Made by a program: the position numbers and the translations under genes. This document shows, in pieces, positions 20,017 through 29,604 of a DNA stretch of 64,000 bases. Where the stretch lies: assembly GCA_963737655.1 (NCBI GenBank), contig CAVTTN010000002.1:2176001-2240000 (forward strand), written 5' to 3'. Numbering within the stretch: the first letter of the stretch is position 1; each line of letters opens with the position of its first letter. The DNA comes from an uncultured Planctomycetota bacterium (GTDB taxonomy: Bacteria; Planctomycetota; Planctomycetia; Isosphaerales; Isosphaeraceae). Below the pieces are notes generated by a model. That model did not search any database. It was not told the DNA's origin and was given only the letters and a program-made list of their open reading frames with translations.

Positions 20017-21153
20017 ATGGAGATCCCCCTGTCTCGACCGTGGATCACCGAGGCCGACGTCTCGGCCGTCGTCGAGGTCCTGCGGTCCCCCAGCCTGAGC
20101 CTGGGCCCGAGGCTCTCGGCCTTCGAGCGGGAGATGGCCCGGTATTGCGGGACGCTTGGCGCCGTGGCCGTGAGCAGCGGGACCGCCGGCCTCCATCTCG
20201 GGTTGATCGCCTCGGACGTGGGGGCCGGCGACGAGGTCATCACCTCGCCGTTCAGCTTCATCGCCTCCGCGAATTGTGCCCTCTATGTCGGCGCCCGTCC
20301 CGTGTTCGCCGATATCGACCCGAGGTCCCTGACGATCGATCCCGACGCGGTTGCTGATCGCGTCGGGCCTCGCACCCGTGCGATGGTCCCCGTCGATGTG
20401 TTCGGCCAGCCCGTCGCGATGGATGAATTGTTGCCGATCGCGGCACGCCATGATCTGGCGATCGTCCGCGACGCGTGCGAGGCGATCGGGGCCGAGCGCG
20501 ACGGGGAGCGGATCGGCCGGGAGGGGACCGCCTCCGTCTTCGCCTTCTACCCGAACAAGCAGATGACCACCGGCGAGGGCGGGATCGTCGTCTCGGACGA
20601 CCTCGAATTCCTGGATGTGGTCCGCAGCCTCGCGAACCAGGGCCGCGACGACCAGGGGACGTGGATGAACCACGTCCGCCTCGGCTTCAACGCCCGGATG
20701 GACGAGATGAGCGCGGCCCTCGGCCGATCGCAGCTCGCGAGGATCGACGACATCCTCGCGAGGCGGGCGAGGGTGGCGTCGTGGTATGTCGAGCGCCTCG
20801 AAGGGATCGACGGAGTGGAGGCCCCGTGGATCGACCCGAGGACGACGCGATGGAGCCCGTTCGTGTTCGTCGTCCGGCTCGACCCGGAGATCGATCGCCC
20901 CGGGCTGATGGCCGAACTCGCCCGCGACGGCATCCCGTCGCGGCCGTATTTCGTGCCGATCCACCTCCAGCCGCTCTATCGCGAGCGGTTCGGTCATCGC
21001 GAGGGGGAATTCCCGGTCACGGAGGCCGTGGCCCGGACCACGCTCGCCCTCCCATTCTTTACGGAGATGACCGAACTTCAAGTCGATCACGTTTGCAATC
21101 GTATCGCCGCGAGGCGGGCGCGATCGCGAGCGAGCGTCGGGGCGATCCGATGA
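20017..21153 (+). CDS. DegT/DnrJ/EryC1/StrS PLP aminotransferase (PglE-like role inferred)
   Basis: SSGTAGLH, GDEVITSPFSFIASAN, DACEA, FYPNKQMTTGEGG, GFNARMDE. Confidence 0.93.
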   Translation: MEIPLSRPWITEADVSAVVEVLRSPSLSLGPRLSAFEREMARYCGTLGAVAVSSGTAGLHLGLIASDVGAGDEVITSPFSFIASANCALYVGARPVFADIDPRSLTIDPDAVADRVGPRTRAMVPVDVFGQPVAMDELLPIAARHDLAIVRDACEAIGAERDGERIGREGTASVFAFYPNKQMTTGEGGIVVSDDLEFLDVVRSLANQGRDDQGTWMNHVRLGFNARMDEMSAALGRSQLARIDDILARRARVASWYVERLEGIDGVEAPWIDPRTTRWSPFVFVVRLDPEIDRPGLMAELARDGIPSRPYFVPIHLQPLYRERFGHREGEFPVTEAVARTTLALPFFTEMTELQVDHVCNRIAARRARSRASVGAIR

Positions 21154-22426
21154 TCGCCCTGGCTTCGAGGCTCGCCCGGGGTGGGGCGAGCGTCTCCCTC
21201 GGTCCGGGGGCAAACGTGGTTCATGCCCTGCTCGGCAACGTCGCGGCGGCGGCGAGCCAGTGGGGGATGCTGGCCCTGATCGCGAAATCGGGAGGGCCCC
21301 GGCCGTCGGCCGGTTCGCGTTCGGCCTGGCGATCTCGGCCCCGGTCATCACGTTCGCCAACCTCGCGCTGAGGCCGATCCAGGCCGGCGACGCGCTCGGC
21401 CGGTTCGCGTTCGGCGACTATCTCGGACTCCGGCTGATCTCGACGACGCTGGCGCTCGCCGCGATCCTCGGCCTGGCGATGGCGGCCTCGCCCGATCGCG
21501 GGACGCTGGCCTCGGCGCTGGCCCTGGGCGTGGCGAAGGCGTTCGAGGCGGTCTCCGACGTCGTCCTCGGCCGGTTCCAGCGGGGCGAGAGGCTGGACCT
21601 CGTGGCCCGGTCGCAGGTCTCGCGAGGCGTTCTCTCGGCGGGGTTCGTCGCTGCCGCCCTGGCGGCGACGGGGCGGGTGGAGATCGCGGCGATCGGGATC
21701 GCGGTGGCCGGGGCGCTGGTCCTGATCGTCCACGACCTGCCGATGGTCGCGTCCCTGGACGCCCCGATCCCGCGATTCCGGGCCGAGGTCTTGCGATCGC
21801 TCGCCTGGCTCGCCTTGCCCCTGGGGGTTGCGACCATGTTGAGTTCCTTGAATGCGAATCTTCCGCGCTATTTTCTCGAACGAAGCCGAGGGGGCGCCGA
21901 CCTCGGGGCGTTCGCGGCGCTGGCGTACCTCGCGACGGCCGGGACCACGGCGATTTCCGCGCTCGGTCAGGCGGCCACGCCGGGCCTGGCTCGATCGTTC
22001 GCCTCGGGCGATCTTCGAGGATTCCGACGATCGATGAGGCGCGACCTCTCGCTGGGCATCGCCGTGGGATTGGCGGGCCTGGCCGGTTCGATCGGCCTCG
22101 GCGGGCCGATCCTCTCCGCGTTGTATCGTCCCGAGTTCGCCGCCTATGCATCCATCCTCCCCATCGTGATGATGGCGGCGGCGTTCGAGTATGTCGGCTC
22201 GCTGATGGGCTATGGATTGACGGCGGCGCGGTCGTTCCGGGTCCAACCGTGGCTGTTCGGGGCGTCGGCGGCGGTGATGGCGATGTCGTGCGGGACGCTC
22301 GTGCCGAGGTTCGGGCCGGCAGGGGCGGCCTGGTCGCTGGCGATCGCCTCGGCGTTCGGGATGGTCGCGACGACCGCCTGCCTCGCGTTCGCGCTTCGAC
22401 GATCCGCCCGGGAGTTCCGCCGATGA
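21150..22426 (+). CDS. Wzx-like flippase, frameshift near 21298
   Basis: Many TM helices; SQWGML...VGRF, PLG..SLNANLPRYFL; ATGA overlaps with neighbours. Confidence 0.8.
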
Positions 22427-23316
22427 CGACGCTCCGAGGCTCGCTCCGCCCCTGGGTCCACTCGGCCTCCGCGATGCCGATCGTCTCGGCCCCGTTGCGG
22501 GCGCTCGGCCGCTCGGGGCTGCTGCCCAGGGCGGTGTGGAGGCGGCTCCCGGCGGGCGGGACGTGCCTCGTCCGGGTCGCCGGGGCCTCGCCGTTCCTCT
22601 ATCGAGCGGGCCCGAACGACGCGGTGGGGCGCGGCCTGTTCTGGCGAGGCGGCGCGAGCTGGGAACCCGAGACGACCGCCCTGTTCGCCCGGCTGGCGAG
22701 GGGGGCGGGGACGGTCCTGGACGTCGGTGCCAACACCGGGTTGTTCACCCTGCTCGCCCTCGCCTCGGGGCCGGATTGCCGGGTCGTCGCCTTCGAGCCG
22801 GTGCCGAGGACGCATCGGCTCTTGCTCGAACAAGTGGCCCTGAACGGATGGTCGGATCGGTGCGAAGCCAGGTCGTCGGCCGCGTCGGACGCCCCCGGGA
22901 TTGCGGAATTTCATGTTCCGTTTGAAGATTATCCCACGTCGGCGAGCCTCGATCCCAGTGGGTTCCGAGGGATGGCCGGCGAGTCGATCCGCGTCGTCGT
23001 CGAGGCCCTGGACGACGCCATCCCGCCGGGGACTCGCGTCGGCCTGGCGAAGATTGACGTCGAGGGGTTCGAGGACCGCGCCCTCCGGGGGATGCGGCGA
23101 ATCCTGGAGGAATCGCGGCCTCACCTGGTCGTCGAGTGCAACCCGGACGGCCCGTTCTCGGCGGTCGAATCGCTCCTGATCCCCCTCGGCTACCGCTTCT
23201 TTCATCTCTCGCAACGAGGGCCGAGGCGCGTCGATCGGATCGTGCCGGATTCGTGCGAACATGCGAGGAATTACCTCGCCATCGCCCGGGAGTGCCCGGG
23301 ATTGGAGCCGGCATGA
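22423..23316 (+). CDS. FkbM family methyltransferase
   Basis: WEPET, LDVGANTG, AFEP, KIDVEGFE. Confidence 0.9.
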   Translation: MTTLRGSLRPWVHSASAMPIVSAPLRALGRSGLLPRAVWRRLPAGGTCLVRVAGASPFLYRAGPNDAVGRGLFWRGGASWEPETTALFARLARGAGTVLDVGANTGLFTLLALASGPDCRVVAFEPVPRTHRLLLEQVALNGWSDRCEARSSAASDAPGIAEFHVPFEDYPTSASLDPSGFRGMAGESIRVVVEALDDAIPPGTRVGLAKIDVEGFEDRALRGMRRILEESRPHLVVECNPDGPFSAVESLLIPLGYRFFHLSQRGPRRVDRIVPDSCEHARNYLAIARECPGLEPA

Positions 23317-24461
23317 CGCGCGTCCTCCACGTCGTCGGCAGCCTGGACCGGGGCGGGGTGGAGACGTGGCTCATGCACGTTCTCCGATCGGTTGATCGCT
23401 CGCGGGCGGCGATGGATTTCCTCGTTCATTCGCCGAGACCGGGGGCGTACGACGCCGAGGCGAGGCGGCTCGGGGCCGGGATCTTCGCGTGCGAGACGCC
23501 CCGGCGCCCGGGGCTCTACGGCCGGAATTTTCGGCGGATCGTCGCGGGACGGGGGCCTTATGACGTCGTCCATAGTCATGTTCACTATTACAGTGGATAT
23601 GTCCTGGCGATGGCCGCGAGGGCGGGCGTGGCGGCCCGCGTGGCCCACAGCCATAACGACACGAGATGCCTCGATCGGACTCTGAATCCGCTGCGCCGGG
23701 CCTATCTCGCGGCGATGAGGCGGCTGATCGACCGCCACGCGACGGCCGGGCTGGCGGCGAGCCGGAGGGCCGCCGCGTCGCTGTTCGGCGAGCGATGGGC
23801 GTCGGACCCGCGATGGCGAGTCCTGCTCTACGGGATCGACCTGGGGCCGTTCGGCGAGGCCGTGGATCGCGGGGCCGTCCGCGATTCGCTGGGTATCCCG
23901 AGGGATGCGTTCGTGGTGGGCCATGTCGGTCGATTCGTCATGCAGAAGAATCACGAGTTTTTGGTGGATGTGTTCGGAGAGGTCCTTCGACGGGAGCCGA
24001 GGGCCTGGCTCCTGCTCGTGGGGGACGGCGAATGCCGCGCGGCGATCGAGGCGCGATTGAAGGCCGGGGGATGGGCCTCGCGAGCCACGATCTCGGCCTC
24101 GCGGCCCGACGTCCCGAGGGTCATGAAAGGCGCGATGGATGCGTTTGTGCTTCCCTCGCGATTCGAGGGATTGGGGCTGGTGCTCGTCGAGGCGCAGGCG
24201 GCCGGATTGCCCTGCGTGGCGAGCGCCGAGGTGCCCGAGGAGGCGATCCTCTCCCCGGGAAGCGTCACGCTCCTGCCCCTCGATCGCCCGGCCGGCGAGT
24301 GGGCGGAGGCGGTGTTGAGGGTCCGCGAAGACCGGGTCGAAACGGGCCGATTGGCCGAGGCCGCCGGGTTCGGCCGGGAGCGGTCGGCCTCGGCGCTGGT
24401 CGAGTTCTATGAAGCGGCCCTGGGCCGGGGAGTCGCGTCGTGCGCACCGTCCCGGGCTTGA
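23313..24461 (+). CDS. GT4 glycosyltransferase (EpsF-like)
   Basis: RGGVET, GHVGRF..QKNH, PSRFEGLGLVLVEAQAAG. Confidence 0.9.
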   Translation: MTRVLHVVGSLDRGGVETWLMHVLRSVDRSRAAMDFLVHSPRPGAYDAEARRLGAGIFACETPRRPGLYGRNFRRIVAGRGPYDVVHSHVHYYSGYVLAMAARAGVAARVAHSHNDTRCLDRTLNPLRRAYLAAMRRLIDRHATAGLAASRRAAASLFGERWASDPRWRVLLYGIDLGPFGEAVDRGAVRDSLGIPRDAFVVGHVGRFVMQKNHEFLVDVFGEVLRREPRAWLLLVGDGECRAAIEARLKAGGWASRATISASRPDVPRVMKGAMDAFVLPSRFEGLGLVLVEAQAAGLPCVASAEVPEEAILSPGSVTLLPLDRPAGEWAEAVLRVREDRVETGRLAEAAGFGRERSASALVEFYEAALGRGVASCAPSRA

Positions 24462-25909
24462 GCGATCCTCTAAAAGACGTGTGGGTGTCTGCATGCGTAA
24501 CGGCCGCGACGCTCCTCGGCTTCTTCGTCGCGTCCGAGCCGACCCGCCACCCGTTCGTGATCCCGGCGGCGGCCTGCGGGGCGATCGTGGGGATCGACGC
24601 CGTGAAATGGCTGCGCGGACGGCTCGACCCGTTCGATCCCCGGGGGATCGTCGGCCTCCTCGGCTGGCATTTCTTCTTCCTCGCGCCGATGCTTCACGTG
24701 GCGTGGGGCTACTGGATGCCCTACGTCCAGGCCCCGGCCGACTGGCGCGACTGGCTCGGCGCGATGGGGTGCCTGAATGTCCTGGGCTTGATCGTGTATC
24801 GGATCACGCTGGCCCGGATGCTCTCGCTCCCGGCGATCCTGGGCCGATCCGCCTGGCGGCTCGACCCGTCGCGGTTCCCGATCGTCCTGGGAATCGCGCT
24901 GATGGTCACCGCGATGGCCCAGGTCTGGGTCTATGCGTCGTACGGAGGGATCGGCGGCTTCGTGAGCGAGTACGAGGCCGACCAGGAACGGGCGTTCGGC
25001 GGGATGGGGCCGGTGTTCCTCGTCTCCGAAGCCTTCCCGATCCTCGCGGCGTTCGGCGCCGTGGTGATGCTCCGCGGGAGGCGGCCGTCGTGGATGCTGG
25101 TCGTCCTGGGGCTGGCGGGTTTTCTCGCCCTCAAGATGGTCTTCGGCGGACTTCGAGGGAGCCGGAGCAGCACGGTCTGGGCCCTGTTCTGGGCGGCCGG
25201 CGTGGTGCATTTCTCGGTCCGGCCGATCCCCCGGCGAATGATCGGCGTCGGCATCCTCTTCCTGTTGGGATTCCTGTACGCCTATGGATTTTACAAGAAT
25301 TTCGGGACGGCGGCGATCGAGGCCCTCGACGGCGACGAGGTGCGATCGGCGATGGCCGAGACGTCGAATCGCTCGATGGCCACGGCCGTCCTCGCGGACC
25401 TCGGCCGGGCGGACGTCCAGGCGTTCGTCCTTCATCGGGTGGCCGACCCGTCGAGCGGCGGCGATTGTCTCTATGCGAGAGGCGGGACGTATCTCGCGAC
25501 CTTCTGCCTGTTCATTCCCCGATCGATCTGGCCCGACCGGCCCGAAGGGAAGGTCCGAAGCGGGACCGAGGCCCTCTACGGGACGACCACGGCGGCGCTC
25601 GGGACGATGAGGGCGTCGCAGGTCTACGGCCTGGCGGGCGAGGCGATGCTCAATTTCGGCCCGGTCGCGGTGCCTCCGTCGTATGCGGTCCTGGGGATCG
25701 TCGTCGCGGGGGTCGTCCGGCTGGGAAAGGCCTGGGGCCCGGGCGATTCGAGGCGATGGATGCTGCCGTTCCTCGTCAATTTCGCGTTCGTGGTGCTGGT
25801 GAGCGACTCCGATAACTTGCTGTTCTTCCTGGTGAAGGATGGCGCGATCCCGGCGGCGGTCGTGACGCTGGGATCGAGGCGATCGCCCTCGAATCCGGAG
25901 GCACCGTGA
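24440..25909 (+). CDS. Polytopic membrane protein, probable Wzy polymerase
   Basis: About 10-11 TM helices; GSR and FIPRSIWPDRP motifs; located among GT genes. Confidence 0.65.
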   Translation: MRTVPGLSDPLKDVWVSACVTAATLLGFFVASEPTRHPFVIPAAACGAIVGIDAVKWLRGRLDPFDPRGIVGLLGWHFFFLAPMLHVAWGYWMPYVQAPADWRDWLGAMGCLNVLGLIVYRITLARMLSLPAILGRSAWRLDPSRFPIVLGIALMVTAMAQVWVYASYGGIGGFVSEYEADQERAFGGMGPVFLVSEAFPILAAFGAVVMLRGRRPSWMLVVLGLAGFLALKMVFGGLRGSRSSTVWALFWAAGVVHFSVRPIPRRMIGVGILFLLGFLYAYGFYKNFGTAAIEALDGDEVRSAMAETSNRSMATAVLADLGRADVQAFVLHRVADPSSGGDCLYARGGTYLATFCLFIPRSIWPDRPEGKVRSGTEALYGTTTAALGTMRASQVYGLAGEAMLNFGPVAVPPSYAVLGIVVAGVVRLGKAWGPGDSRRWMLPFLVNFAFVVLVSDSDNLLFFLVKDGAIPAAVVTLGSRRSPSNPEAP

Positions 25910-27138
25910 TGGACCTGGCCGTCCTCCTGGAGCAGCGGTTCGACCGGACGCCGGACGGCGCGATCTGGACCCAGTCGGCCTTCCCGTATCGCTTCTGGGC
26001 CGATCATCTCGGCGAGTTCGACGGCGTGAAGGTCGTGGCGAGGGTCGTCGATGTGGGCGAGCCCCGAGGCGGTTCGCGACGCTCCGACGGCCCCGGAGTG
26101 ACGTTCAGGCCGGTGCCCGATTACCGCGGGCCGATCGGGCATCTTCGGCGATTCGGGGCGATCCGAAGGGCGGTCCTCGGGGCGATCGGGCCTCGCGATG
26201 CGGTCTTATTGCGGGTCTGTTCGCCGCTTTCGATGCATGCGGATGCGATCTTCCGGCGATCGGGGCGGCCCTATGGGGTCTGGGTCGTGGCCGACCCGTT
26301 CGACGCCTTCGCGCCGGGTTCGATCCGCCTGCCGTTTCGCGAGGTCTTTCGTCGGCGGTTCACCGATCAGGTGAGGAGGCAGTGCGCGGGGGCGTCGGCG
26401 GCGGCTTACGTGACCGAATCGGCCCTCCAGGAGCGGTATCCGCCGGCTCCGGGGGTCGAGCCTTCAGGGGTTTCGGACATCGAATTGCCGGATTCGGCGT
26501 TCGTCGATCGGCCGAGGACGTTTCCGGACGGCAATCGCCGGTCGCTGGTGTTCGTGGGGACCCTGGCGAGGCTGTACAAGGCGCCGGACGTCCTGATCGA
26601 GGCCGTGGGCCTTGGGGTGAGGCGAGGCCTGGACCTTCGCCTGACCGTGATGGGCGACGGGGCGCATCGAGCCGAGCTCCGGAGGCGATCGGAGGCCCTC
26701 GGCCTGGCCGACCGCGTCGAGTTCCTCGGGCACGTGCCGGCGGGAGGGGCCGTGATCGCCGAGCTCGACCGCGCCGATCTGTTCGTCCTGCCGTCGCGCC
26801 AGGAAGGCCTGCCCCGGGCGATGGTCGAGGCGATGGCCCGGGCCCTGCCCTGCGTGGGATCGACGGTCGGCGGCATCCCCGAGCTTCTGGAAGCGGGAGA
26901 CCTCGTCCCTCCCGGAGATGCCGACGCCCTGGCGAGGAAGATCGGCGAAATCGCGGTCGATCCCGGCCGATTGGCGGCGATGTCGGCCCGAAATCGGAGT
27001 CGGGCCGGCGCGTTCCGTCGTGACCTACTGTTGGAGCGGCAGGCGGCGTTCCTCCGCGACCTCCGAGGGGCCACCGATCGGTGGCTCGGCATGGTCCGGC
27101 CCGTCGCCGCTGGCCTTTCGACGGGGGACGTCCGATGA
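25906..27138 (+). CDS. GT4 glycosyltransferase
   Basis: FVGTL..YKAPD, PSRQEGLPRAMVEAM. Confidence 0.9.
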   Translation: MMDLAVLLEQRFDRTPDGAIWTQSAFPYRFWADHLGEFDGVKVVARVVDVGEPRGGSRRSDGPGVTFRPVPDYRGPIGHLRRFGAIRRAVLGAIGPRDAVLLRVCSPLSMHADAIFRRSGRPYGVWVVADPFDAFAPGSIRLPFREVFRRRFTDQVRRQCAGASAAAYVTESALQERYPPAPGVEPSGVSDIELPDSAFVDRPRTFPDGNRRSLVFVGTLARLYKAPDVLIEAVGLGVRRGLDLRLTVMGDGAHRAELRRRSEALGLADRVEFLGHVPAGGAVIAELDRADLFVLPSRQEGLPRAMVEAMARALPCVGSTVGGIPELLEAGDLVPPGDADALARKIGEIAVDPGRLAAMSARNRSRAGAFRRDLLLERQAAFLRDLRGATDRWLGMVRPVAAGLSTGDVR

Positions 27139-28373
27139 ACCGCATGCTCATGGCCACGACCGTTCCCGAGACCCTGAGGGCGTTCCTCCTGCCCTTCGCG
27201 GACCACTTCACTCGGCTCGGGTGGACCGTGGACGCGATGGCGCGGGGGGCGTCGTCGTCCGAGGAGTGCCGGAGGCATTTCGGGACGGTCCACGACGTGG
27301 ATTGGAGCCGCAATCCGCTCGATCCCCGCAACCTCTCGGCCGCGATCGACCGGGTCCGGCGAGTTGTGGAGGCGGGGGAGTATGACCTGGTTCATGTTCA
27401 TACGCCGGTCGCCGGGTTCGTGACGAGGATGGCGCTCCGCCACCTGCGAGACCTGGGCCGGCCGAAGGTCGTCTATTCGGCCCACGGGTTCCATTTCCAT
27501 CGGGGAGGCCACCCGATGACGAACCTGGCGTATCGGTGTCTCGAACGGATGGCCGGGCGGTGGACCGATGGGTTGATCGTCCTGAACGACGAGGATTTCG
27601 AGGCGGCCCGGCGGCTCAAGATCGTCCCCGAGGGCCGCTTGCACCTGGTCCCGGGCATCGGCGTGGACACGAAGGCGCTCCGTCCCGACTCGGTCTCGCC
27701 GGAAGAGGTCTCGGCGGTCCGATCCGAGCTGGGGCTGGCCGACGGCGACCCGTTGTTCCTCTGCGTGGCCGAGTTCATCGCGAGGAAGAGGCATGCGGAT
27801 TTGATCCGCGCGTTCGCCGCGTTCCCGAACCCGAGGGCGAGGCTCGCCCTGGCCGGGGATGGTCCCCTTCTGGGCTCGATGAAGGGTTTGGCGAGCCTCC
27901 TGGGCGTGGCCGATCGCGTCCACTTCCTCGGGTTCCGCCGCGAGATCCCGGCGTGGATCCGGGCGTCCCGGGCCGTGGTCCTCGTCTCGGATCGCGAGGG
28001 GCTGCCGAGGAGCGTGATGGAGGCGCAGAGCCTGGGCGTCCCGGTGATCGGCACGGAGGTCCGGGGGACTCGCGACTTGCTCGGCCTCGGCGGCGGCTTG
28101 CTCGTGCCGGTCGGCGACGAGACGGCGATCGTCCGGGCGATGGCCTACCTGGCCGACTTCCCGGGGGAAGCCAGGGCGCTGGGCGAACGAGGCCGGAGGG
28201 GCATGGTCGAGCACCACGACCTCGGCCCCATCCTCGAATCCCATCGCGAGATTTATGAACGGGCGCTCGACCCGTCATTCCGAGTGCCTCGATCGGCGAC
28301 GGCGGAGGTCCACCGCGTCGGGCGGAAGACGTGGCGGCCGTCGGGTCGGGCGGTCGCGGGGGGGACGCGATGA
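27135..28373 (+). CDS. GT4 glycosyltransferase
   Basis: HVHTPVAG, AHGFHF, GIGVD, REGLPRSVMEA. Confidence 0.9.
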   Translation: MNRMLMATTVPETLRAFLLPFADHFTRLGWTVDAMARGASSSEECRRHFGTVHDVDWSRNPLDPRNLSAAIDRVRRVVEAGEYDLVHVHTPVAGFVTRMALRHLRDLGRPKVVYSAHGFHFHRGGHPMTNLAYRCLERMAGRWTDGLIVLNDEDFEAARRLKIVPEGRLHLVPGIGVDTKALRPDSVSPEEVSAVRSELGLADGDPLFLCVAEFIARKRHADLIRAFAAFPNPRARLALAGDGPLLGSMKGLASLLGVADRVHFLGFRREIPAWIRASRAVVLVSDREGLPRSVMEAQSLGVPVIGTEVRGTRDLLGLGGGLLVPVGDETAIVRAMAYLADFPGEARALGERGRRGMVEHHDLGPILESHREIYERALDPSFRVPRSATAEVHRVGRKTWRPSGRAVAGGTR

Positions 28374-28954
28374 AACGGACGATCGACATCACGGTGGCGG
28401 CCCTGGGGCTGGTCGTCCTGGCCCCGGTGATGGCCGGGGTGGCGGCGGCCATCCTGGTGGCGATGGGCCGACCTGTCCTGTTCCGGCAAGAGCGCCCGGC
28501 TGGCGGGCCCGGCCGTTTTTCCTCGTGAAATTCCGGACGATGAGGCCCGGATCGGGCGACGACCGCGAGCGAATGACCCGGCTCGGCCGGTTCCTCCGAT
28601 CGACGAGCCTGGATGAGCTTCCCGCAACTCTGGAACGTCCTGAAGGGGGAGATGAGCCTGGTGGGCCCCCGGCCGTTGCTGATGGAATATCTCGAACTTT
28701 ACTCTCCGGAGCAGGCCAGGCGGCACCACGTCCGGCCGGGGATCACCGGCTGGGCGCAGGTCCACGGCCGGAACGCCGTCGAGTGGGCCGACCGCTTGAG
28801 GCTGGACGTGTGGTACGTCGATCACCGGTCGCTCGGCCTGGACCTGCGGATCCTCGGGAAGACCATCGCCAAGGTCATTCGTCGCGAGGGGATCTCGGCG
28901 GCCGGATCGGCGACGATGGCGAGGTTCCGGGGGACCGGGGCGAGGGTCGGATGA
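28370..28954 (+). CDS. Monotopic undecaprenyl-phosphate sugar phosphotransferase (PglC-like), frameshifts near 28497 and 28621
   Basis: [54 protein letters not shown] assembled across frames. Confidence 0.88.
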
Positions 28955-29604
28955 GGCCCATCTGGATCGCCGGCGCGGGGGGGCACGCGAAGGTCGTCCT
29001 CGACGCGATCCGCCGGGCCCGTCGCTGGCGGGTCGGCGGCCTGCTCGACGACGATCCGGCTCGCATCGGCTCCGAAGTCCTCGGCGCATCGGTTTTCGGC
29101 GCGATCGCGGCCGAGGCGATCGCTCGCCATCGCGTGGCTCGCGTGTTCCTCGCGGTCGGCGACAACCGGACGAGGGCCGAGCTGGCCCGGAGGCTCGGCG
29201 ATTCGGTGGGTTGGCCGGAGATCGTCCACCCGAGGGCCTATGTCGGCGAATCGGCGGCGATCGGCGAGGGTTCGCTGGTGGTCGTCGGCGGGATCGTCCA
29301 GCCCGGGGCGAGGATCGGACGATTTGCGATCGTGAACACCTCGGCGAGCGTGGATCACGACGCGACGGTCGGCGACTTCGCCCACGTCGCCCCCGGCGCG
29401 AGGCTGGGCGGGGGAGTCCGCGTGGGAGAAGGGGCCCTGATCGGGATCGGGGCGGCGGTGTTGCCGGGGAGGAAGGTCGGCGCGTGGGCGACGGTCGGGG
29501 CCGGGGCGGTGGTCGTCCGCGACGTGCCCGACGCGACGACGGTGGCGGGCATCCCGGCGAGGCGGCTCCGGGGGGGCGGGGCCGTGGGTCAATTCCTCAG
29601 GTAG
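28951..29604 (+). CDS. Hexapeptide-repeat sugar N-acetyltransferase (PglD/NeuD-like)
   Basis: GAGGHAKV, AVGDN, IVHP, NTSASVDHD, left-handed beta-helix repeats, AGIPAR. Confidence 0.9.
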   Translation: MRPIWIAGAGGHAKVVLDAIRRARRWRVGGLLDDDPARIGSEVLGASVFGAIAAEAIARHRVARVFLAVGDNRTRAELARRLGDSVGWPEIVHPRAYVGESAAIGEGSLVVVGGIVQPGARIGRFAIVNTSASVDHDATVGDFAHVAPGARLGGGVRVGEGALIGIGAAVLPGRKVGAWATVGAGAVVVRDVPDATTVAGIPARRLRGGGAVGQFLR

